Part shown: piece after piece, positions 57,977 through 64,000 of the stretch
Layout of the letters: every line of letters begins with the position of its first letter
Position numbering within the stretch: position 1 is the stretch's first letter
Assembly: GCA_041749475.1 (NCBI GenBank)
Contig: JBGTBD010000067.1
Location: 6,191-70,190, forward strand
From: Rickettsiales bacterium
GTDB taxonomy: Bacteria > Pseudomonadota > Alphaproteobacteria > Rickettsiales > UBA998
Reading direction: 5' to 3'
Length of the DNA: 64,000 nucleotides
The notes under the pieces: generated by a model
Database searches by the model: none
Seen by the model: only the letters and a program-made list of their open reading frames with translations
Told to the model about the DNA's origin: nothing
Program-made: the position numbers and the translations under genes

Positions 57977-59614
57977 ATGTTACGTAAATTCATCATCTCC
58001 ATTCTTGGCCAGTCCAATGCGCGCGGGTTGCGCATCGAGGCGGGGGACAAAGTGTCAGGCATCACTGTGTTGCAAGATATATTGCAGGCGTTGGCGCATG
58101 CTCCGGTGATTGCGGCGTTCAAGAATGCTGATGGTAAATTTAACGACCTAGCCATCGGCGGCAGTCGGGTGAACGGCAACTCTACCGACACCGCCTATTA
58201 TCAATCCAAGGATTGGTGGTTTACCGATACCGATACACCCGGCCCTGTGCTACTCAAGGTGATAGATACCTTGAGCAAAGACCTTGCCGCACAAAAAGCG
58301 CAAGGCGCTGACGTCGAGCTCTCCTTCGTCTGGGGACAGGGCGAGACCGATGCGCATGTCATCGCCGCCGCGCATGATAAAGCGGCGGCCATCGAGCAAT
58401 ACCGCATTAATACCCTCAAGGTGTTTGACACCTTGAAAGCCCATTTCGGGGGTGACCTTACCATTTATATGATGCAGACAGGGCGTTTCCTCGCCGATGC
58501 CGCCAGCGCACGCGGCTATAGCGACCGTATTATCAACGCAATTGAATATGGCCGCGAACAGGTACAGCAAGTGCAGGAGGAAATCGCCTCCGCGCGGTCC
58601 GACGTCAAGATCGCGGTCAATTATGAAGATCTGCCGATGGCGCACGAAGTCTCACCCGTACAATATGCCGACGACCCATGGCATCTCGATAGCGATGCAC
58701 GGGAAGAGGTCGGCGCGCGCCTTGCGGAATATATCGCGCTGGATAAAGGGCTGACCCATATCCTCCACGCCCCCGGCCATCTGCCGCAGTCGGCACTGGC
58801 AGATATCACCATCCATGCCGGAGACGCATTCCGCCTCGGTGGAACCAGCGCGGCCGACCTGATGACGGGAACGACGGGCAGCGACACGTTAAGCGGCGGC
58901 AGCGGTGATGATACGTTAATCGGCGGAGCGGGAGCGGACGCTTTTAACGGCGGCAACGGCGCGGATATATTTTTCTTCCAGCGACTCGGTGACAGTACGC
59001 GCTACGCCTCCGACCGCATCACCCATTTCGAGCAAGGCAAAGACCGGATAGACCTGAGCGCACTCAGCTTCACCGACATCCATGCGGGCAAGGCGATGGG
59101 CAGCGTGCTCGGGTTCCAAACCGTAGGCGGCAACACGGTCATCCTCGATAGCAGCCACCAGTTCCGCCTCATCCTGACCGGGGAATACACGCTGACGAAA
59201 AGCGATTTCCTGGGCCTGGGCCGCGCTGAACACCCCGGTGTCGTACTGGAAGATACGGGCGGCAACGATGCCTTCTATGGCACGAAGGGCGATGACACGA
59301 TCCACGGCGGTGTCGGGCAGGATACGGTGCTGGGCGGTGAAGGGGCGGATCATTTCGTCTTCTCCGCCATCACCGATAGCAGCGCCACCTCGCGTGACGT
59401 TATCCTCGATTTCGAAGCCGGCGTCGATAAGATAGACCTAAGCGGATTGGGCTTCCACGGCATCACGCATGGCCGCACGGACGTCGGTGAATTACGCTAC
59501 GTCTACAGCGCTACGAGTGACCGCACCTACATCATAGACCTGCACGGCACATTCCAACTCTTCCTGCAAGGTGACCATTCACAAGTGTTGGAAGCGACCG
59601 ACTTTATATTTTGA
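57977..59614 (+). CDS. RTX calcium-binding protein with N-terminal SASA/DUF303-type carbohydrate esterase domain
   Basis: The N-terminus has ILGQSNARG and VWGQGETDAH (the GQSN and QGExD esterase motifs). Two blocks of GGxGxD nonapeptides follow (GGSGDDTLIGGAGADAFNGGNGAD; GGVGQDTVLGGEGADHF). The C-terminal ...ATDFIF tail resembles a T1SS substrate. No N-terminal signal peptide. Confidence 0.8.
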   Translation: MLRKFIISILGQSNARGLRIEAGDKVSGITVLQDILQALAHAPVIAAFKNADGKFNDLAIGGSRVNGNSTDTAYYQSKDWWFTDTDTPGPVLLKVIDTLSKDLAAQKAQGADVELSFVWGQGETDAHVIAAAHDKAAAIEQYRINTLKVFDTLKAHFGGDLTIYMMQTGRFLADAASARGYSDRIINAIEYGREQVQQVQEEIASARSDVKIAVNYEDLPMAHEVSPVQYADDPWHLDSDAREEVGARLAEYIALDKGLTHILHAPGHLPQSALADITIHAGDAFRLGGTSAADLMTGTTGSDTLSGGSGDDTLIGGAGADAFNGGNGADIFFFQRLGDSTRYASDRITHFEQGKDRIDLSALSFTDIHAGKAMGSVLGFQTVGGNTVILDSSHQFRLILTGEYTLTKSDFLGLGRAEHPGVVLEDTGGNDAFYGTKGDDTIHGGVGQDTVLGGEGADHFVFSAITDSSATSRDVILDFEAGVDKIDLSGLGFHGITHGRTDVGELRYVYSATSDRTYIIDLHGTFQLFLQGDHSQVLEATDFIF

Positions 59615-59725
59615 AATACCCGCCGCGTGCGAACGTATCGTCGGAACGGCATTCTTATCTTTAACCGGATATATCTTTGAATATAGAATATTTACATTCT
59701 TCAAAAACTTCACTTCACTATGAGT

Positions 59726-60325
59726 TCAAGTGATTAAACTTTCACTCCATACCTTATAGAGACCCTTTATATCAGCAGAACAGAGAAGTTTGATGTGTTG
59801 TCTAATGTGACTCTCAGGCCAATCCCACCAGCGCATTGTTAGAAGCGAAGTTATATCTTCTTCAGAAAAACGCGATCGGACGAGAGTAGCAGGATTCCCT
59901 GCTACAATGCTATAGGGTGGAAATGATTTAGTAACAACAGAACCTGCTCCGACCACACAACCATCCCCTAAAGTTACGCCAGATAGAATCATGCTGTCCT
60001 GACCTATCCATACGTCATTACCAATAACTACATTGCCATTGGTTATGGTAACACCAGAAATATGATGAGCTTCAGGCCAATCTATAATGGCAGGAAATGG
60101 ATAGGCAGTTACCCAATCATATCTATGATTACCATCGAGAAAGATTTGTACATTAAGAGCAATGCAACAAAATTTGCCGATAGTTAAAGTGCATTCTTCA
60201 TTCCAGCGATAATAGTGAATTATCGGAATTCCATAAGTATGTTCTCCAATTGAAAAGCCATATTGCTCTTCAAGTGGTGCTAGCTTTTGTTTGGTGTATT
60301 CTAACTTTTTAGGGGGTCGCTTCAT
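59726..60325 (-). CDS. xenobiotic-type hexapeptide acetyltransferase (Vat/CatB, XAT class)
   Basis: GNHRYDWVTAYPF, left-handed beta-helix repeats (IGNDVWIGQDSMILSGVTLGDGCVVGAGSVV) and the C-terminal MRWWDWPESHI motif. The gene is conspicuously AT-rich. Confidence 0.8.
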   Translation of the reverse strand: MKRPPKKLEYTKQKLAPLEEQYGFSIGEHTYGIPIIHYYRWNEECTLTIGKFCCIALNVQIFLDGNHRYDWVTAYPFPAIIDWPEAHHISGVTITNGNVVIGNDVWIGQDSMILSGVTLGDGCVVGAGSVVTKSFPPYSIVAGNPATLVRSRFSEEDITSLLTMRWWDWPESHIRQHIKLLCSADIKGLYKVWSESLIT

Positions 60326-60328
60326 AAA

Positions 60329-60856
60329 TTATGCCAGTGCGGGTTTGACGCCGGTGATGCGCATGTCGCGCGGTTCACGCAGCTTGAATTGGGCCGGTTC
60401 CTGCTTCAGGTCGCGAAGCCCCGCCTCATGCATGATCTGTGCAAGACTGACGGGTGTATAGCCCCAGCGATGCACCATCAGCGGGTCTTGCCAGCGCGGG
60501 TCGCCATAGAATACCCACATGGTGCGCTGTCCTTCCTGCCCCGGCTGCGCGGTATTGACGGGGTCGGCGAGGAACGCCTGACAGGCGGAAATCAGGTTCG
60601 GGCATTCCAGTATCATCTTGCCGCCGGGTTTCAGCACGCGCACCCATTCCTTCAAAATATCCACCACTTCCCACCGCCAGAAATGCTCGACCACATGCAC
60701 GGCGAGGATCTCATCCGCCTCATTATCTTGAAACGGCGTCAGCTGATGCAGGTCGCAGATGACGTCTGGCTTGTTCCCGGCCCGCGCTTCCACCACGTCT
60801 ACATTGACATAGCCTTCCATGATCTTGTCGCCACACCCAAGGTTAAGCCGTTTCAT
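60329..60856 (-). CDS. class I SAM-dependent methyltransferase
   Basis: LNLGCGDK motif I and LKPGGKMILECP motif. ATGA overlap with the upstream glycosyltransferase stop. Confidence 0.7.
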   Translation of the reverse strand: MKRLNLGCGDKIMEGYVNVDVVEARAGNKPDVICDLHQLTPFQDNEADEILAVHVVEHFWRWEVVDILKEWVRVLKPGGKMILECPNLISACQAFLADPVNTAQPGQEGQRTMWVFYGDPRWQDPLMVHRWGYTPVSLAQIMHEAGLRDLKQEPAQFKLREPRDMRITGVKPALA

Positions 60857-61857
60857 AGAATACTCTCCAGCGCTTGTTTCCATTTCCTGCCGATGATAGC
60901 AGGTGAAAAATGTTTTTGAATATAGATTTGCCCCTCCGCGATACGCGCCTCTACGGACTCGCGTTCCGCCAAGGTCTGACGAATACCGCCCACAATATCA
61001 TCCCCCACATAGGCAAAATGCGAAAAGGGTTGATAGCAGGGCAGGGGAGAGGCCACCACCGCCTTTCCATAGCGCAGCGCCTCAATCATCCGGTTGGCGG
61101 ATTTGACGACTTTACGCTCATTCATCGGGCTGGGGATGAGGATGATGTCAGCGGCTTTCATCACCCCGTCCTGCACCTCCGGGTTCCAGTCGAGGGCGTT
61201 GAGCGTCAACGATGCTGGTAATTTCTCCTGAATGCCTTCCAGCAATTCCGCGATGCCTTGCCCAAAGGACGTCGTCACCTGCAATTCCAGCGGCATCCCC
61301 TTGGAGAGTTGCACGAGCCCGTCCAGATGCTCCAATAACCCGTCGATACTGCTCGGGAACCCGTACCACCCCAGCACCAGCTTCTCGCCGGGCGAGAATT
61401 TCGGGGAGAGAGAAGGGCTTTCGTAAGGGTCGGGAATCACCCGTGTCTCCCGGGGCTCGAATGGCAGAGTCTGTTCCGCCATCGCTTCCGTATTGCACGT
61501 CACCAAATCGGCAAGCTTGATGAGTCCGATATAACTACGCGCATATTGTGGAGTAGAAAAATGGTTGTCGCATATATCGAGGATGATCTTGATGCCCTGT
61601 TGCCGCGCCACCAGCGCCATAGCGATATTCTCCTCCTTATAGCTTTTGGAGAAGATGATGACCTGCGACGTCAGGCATAGTTCCGCCCGCTGGAACGCCT
61701 CGTCCTTATTCATGATACTCGATTGATACCCGTGATGCTGCAACTCCAACGCCGGGATGAGGACGCGGTAGCGCGTGCTGGCGAGCGTGGAGTAAGGCTT
61801 TCCGTTAGGCCCTTGCGTTGCGCCGCCTTGCGTGATCCAGCATAGCTTCGTTGCCAT
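60853..61857 (-). CDS. GT-B-fold glycosyltransferase (family uncertain)
   Basis: 334 aa with two Rossmann-like halves. The C-terminal half has ADIILIPS ... KSANRMIEALRYGKAVVAS, resembling the GT1/GT4 nucleotide-sugar pocket. Confidence 0.55.
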   Translation of the reverse strand: MATKLCWITQGGATQGPNGKPYSTLASTRYRVLIPALELQHHGYQSSIMNKDEAFQRAELCLTSQVIIFSKSYKEENIAMALVARQQGIKIILDICDNHFSTPQYARSYIGLIKLADLVTCNTEAMAEQTLPFEPRETRVIPDPYESPSLSPKFSPGEKLVLGWYGFPSSIDGLLEHLDGLVQLSKGMPLELQVTTSFGQGIAELLEGIQEKLPASLTLNALDWNPEVQDGVMKAADIILIPSPMNERKVVKSANRMIEALRYGKAVVASPLPCYQPFSHFAYVGDDIVGGIRQTLAERESVEARIAEGQIYIQKHFSPAIIGRKWKQALESIL

Positions 61858-61858
61858 A

Positions 61859-62443
61859 TCAGCCCTTGCGGACGCCCAGCATATTGACCATCAAATACGG
61901 CAGGTATTTACGGTCACCGCCTTGGGGAGTTTTCACCGTCACCGCGAGGTCGTTATCGATGCCCTTGGTCTGTTCCGAAAGCGCGAAGAATTCCCCCGGC
62001 ACGATCGAGGAGTAGTAAATATCTTTCCAGTCGAATTCAGGAAAGAGCTGCATCACCCCCTTGAAAGAGAAGCGGTAATAATCGTCAGGATAGGGATGGT
62101 AGCGCCAGACCCATGGCACGGACATATAAAGGATGCCGCCCGGTTTCATCAACCGCGTGATATTCTCCGCCATCACCCACGGGCGGGTAACATGCTCCAA
62201 CACCGAGCAGCAGATGCCGAGCCCGAAATGATTCTCCTGCAACGGCCCAATACCGGCGACGAGATCGACCACATGATCCACGTTCTTACCCTCTTCCATA
62301 TCGATGCCGACATAGGGATTCTGCGTATAGACATCACGGAACGAGGAAGTGTTGCCATAATCCTTACTGCCGATTTCAAGGATGGCGCCCTCGACGGAAG
62401 GCAGGAATTTTTTGAGATAAAGTGTCTGGTTGATATCGCCCAT
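61859..62443 (-). CDS. class I SAM-dependent methyltransferase
   Basis: ILEIGSKDYG motif I, CCSVLEHV, and MKPGGILYMSVP. Confidence 0.65.
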   Translation of the reverse strand: MGDINQTLYLKKFLPSVEGAILEIGSKDYGNTSSFRDVYTQNPYVGIDMEEGKNVDHVVDLVAGIGPLQENHFGLGICCSVLEHVTRPWVMAENITRLMKPGGILYMSVPWVWRYHPYPDDYYRFSFKGVMQLFPEFDWKDIYYSSIVPGEFFALSEQTKGIDNDLAVTVKTPQGGDRKYLPYLMVNMLGVRKG

Positions 62444-62454
62444 GAGTGTTACTT

Positions 62455-63150
62455 TCAGGCTGAGTGTTGACGGGATGTGGGCGGGGAGGAGAGGATCATC
62501 GTCTTCCGCACGGGAACATGGTTTTCGAGCAATTCATACTGCACATGTACCTCGAAGATAATGCCGGGATGCCGTGCCGCTACGACGCCCAGTAATTGTT
62601 GCCACCATTGCGGTGGGCGGAGAGTGATGTGCGCATTATCCCCATTGGGGAGGGTCTTCTTAGCGGGGTAACACGCGGCAGTAGCGAAGACGAATTTGGT
62701 CGCATAGGAGAATAACGTGTCGAGTATCCACGGCATATCCTCTTCCGGGCAATGCTCCAGCACATCCGTGCAGATTACCCCGTCGAACTTTCCTTCAGGC
62801 AGCGTCATGAACTCCGGGTAAGCCGGGTCATAACAGGTGATGCTGTCCAGTTTCCAGAAGCTTTGGAGGCTGGGGCAGATACTGCCGTCATACATCGGCA
62901 TATCGCGCATCTTATATTGCTGCCCCTTGCCGCATCCATAATCGAGCATGGTCTTACTATGCGTGTTGATGATCAGGTCGCGCACAGGTGTGGCATAGAG
63001 CAACGCCGTGGTTCCCGGAAACGTCTTCTCGGCGGCGATCTTCTGGTCAGGTACACCTTCCCGGTGCATCTGCTGATACACCGCCAACAACTCACGATAA
63101 CGCGCGCTGGGATTAGCCTGAGAATAAGGATAGGTGGCGAAGAAATCCAT
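62455..63150 (-). CDS. class I SAM-dependent methyltransferase
   Basis: MLDYGCGKGQ motif I and FDGVICTDVLEHCPE. Confidence 0.6.
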   Translation of the reverse strand: MDFFATYPYSQANPSARYRELLAVYQQMHREGVPDQKIAAEKTFPGTTALLYATPVRDLIINTHSKTMLDYGCGKGQQYKMRDMPMYDGSICPSLQSFWKLDSITCYDPAYPEFMTLPEGKFDGVICTDVLEHCPEEDMPWILDTLFSYATKFVFATAACYPAKKTLPNGDNAHITLRPPQWWQQLLGVVAARHPGIIFEVHVQYELLENHVPVRKTMILSSPPTSRQHSA

Positions 63151-63152
63151 GG

Positions 63153-64000
63153 TTACTTCCGTGCGCTCAGTTCAGCGGCCATGTCCTGCATCACGGGCTT
63201 CCAGTCCAGCACCTTCTGCTGGCGCTTGATGGTGACGGAACCGTACCAGCGGCTATCGCTGCGCTCAAGGCTCCAGCGCCAGTCGGACGCGGCCGAAAGC
63301 AGCAGGGTGGTGGGCACGCCCAACGCCCCTGCCATATGCGCGGTGGCGTTCTGGATGGTAATGACCTCATCCACCGCCGCCACCTGTGCGGCGAGGGCGG
63401 ACATATCTTCATACCGATCAAAGCTGCTATCGGTAAAGATCGCACCGGGGAATTGTTTTTCCATCTCCGCCAACTCATCCGCATGGCTGCTATATTGCAG
63501 TGAGACAAAGAGGATGTCAGGGTTAGACAGGAGCGGAGCCCACTCCGTGAGCGGGATATTGCGGTATGGCCCGGTATTCTTATTGGAACTGAACCACGAG
63601 ATGCCGACGATACGCTTCGCCCCCCGCGCCTTGGCTTTCTCTTCCATCCGCGCACGCATCGTATCGCGCTGCGCATCACTTACTTTCAGAAAGGGCGGAT
63701 GCTCTGCCGGGGTATAGCGCGGCAGTACATACCGCATTAATTCACCCAATGAGGAGTGCATGTCATAATGCGTCGCCGCATCGCGGACGATGTAGGTATC
63801 GGCTAACTGGACATCCACGTCGGGGAAGCTTTCCCGGATGAGCGGCAACAGCTTCGGATAGACGAGCAACGTCACCTTCTGCGCCTCTTCGACCAGCGGC
63901 GGAATCAGGCTCAGGAACATGATGATGTCCCCCACTCCTTGCTCTGCCCATAACACAAGCCGCTTGCCTTCAAGAGATTCACCCTTCCATTCGGGGATGG
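63153..64000 (-). CDS. GT9-like (heptosyltransferase-fold) glycosyltransferase domain protein; 5' end beyond the right edge
   Basis: LWAEQGVGDIIMF and ITIQNATAHMAGALGVPT strings resemble the GT9 fold. The frame stays open upstream of the track ATG (63956) to position 64000, so the N-terminus is outside the window. Confidence 0.6.
   Translation of the reverse strand, partial: IPEWKGESLEGKRLVLWAEQGVGDIIMFLSLIPPLVEEAQKVTLLVYPKLLPLIRESFPDVDVQLADTYIVRDAATHYDMHSSLGELMRYVLPRYTPAEHPPFLKVSDAQRDTMRARMEEKAKARGAKRIVGISWFSSNKNTGPYRNIPLTEWAPLLSNPDILFVSLQYSSHADELAEMEKQFPGAIFTDSSFDRYEDMSALAAQVAAVDEVITIQNATAHMAGALGVPTTLLLSAASDWRWSLERSDSRWYGSVTIKRQQKVLDWKPVMQDMAAELSARK

Noticed and set aside
56269-59725. tRNA-Thr as the attachment site of a genomic island carrying the MCP, the RTX-esterase and the glycan operon.
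   Set aside because: No integrase, excisionase or transposase is in the window. I found no direct repeat of the tRNA 3' end in the AT-rich gaps at 57756..57964 or 59615..59725. Only the acetyltransferase gene is compositionally deviant.
1-64000. CRISPR arrays, rRNA genes, IS elements and prophage genes.
   Set aside because: I saw no regularly spaced short direct repeats. The four palindromic repeats are single, dispersed copies. I saw no rRNA-like sequence and no transposase, integrase, capsid or terminase-like ORFs.

Overview
This is a chromosomal window from a Gram-negative, moderately GC-rich bacterium. Gene content and repeat style look alphaproteobacterial, but that cannot be proven here. 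I count about 60 protein genes and one tRNA-Thr(GGU). There is no rRNA, CRISPR array, transposase or integrase. From left to right: (i) A pseudaminic-acid (Pse) glycan locus: partial pseG, pseI, a pseH-like GNAT, a WbqC-like protein, a PIG-L deacetylase, a methyltransferase, pseB, pseC, a Wzx-like flippase and a GT-C-like membrane protein. (ii) The four-gene ligase-associated DNA-damage-response cassette, with exonuclease plus ATP ligase divergent from an Lhr-like helicase plus PdeM. An extra divergent DEAH helicase follows it. (iii) A hemerythrin gene behind an iron-box palindrome. (iv) A CHASE3-GAF hybrid kinase with three receiver domains, co-operonic with CheR and a receiver-less CheB. (v) A roughly 17-kb envelope-transport block: MacA-MacB-NodT, an Mla/Pqi-like ABC system, an orphan HExxH protein, YdbH-YnbE-YdbL and a TetR-controlled RND pump. 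(vi) Housekeeping genes: DJ-1, MFS, MarC, tdh-kbl, ABC-F, apt, a nucleosidase, bdhA, typA and dgkA. (vii) A CheY / CheX / PAS-Hpt CheA-like kinase triad and an MCP. (viii) A right-hand glycan-modification block: an RTX-tethered SASA-type esterase, a low-GC Vat/CatB-type acetyltransferase, three methyltransferases and two glycosyltransferases, the last cut by the window edge. Four copies of a nested-palindrome intergenic repeat (two sub-families) show compensatory stem substitutions. I see no single obvious novel system. The best candidates are the CheR/CheB-coupled hybrid kinase, the receptor-independent CheA-like triad, the RTX-esterase glycan block and the orphan HExxH protein. All product calls come from motif recognition by eye; no database search was run.
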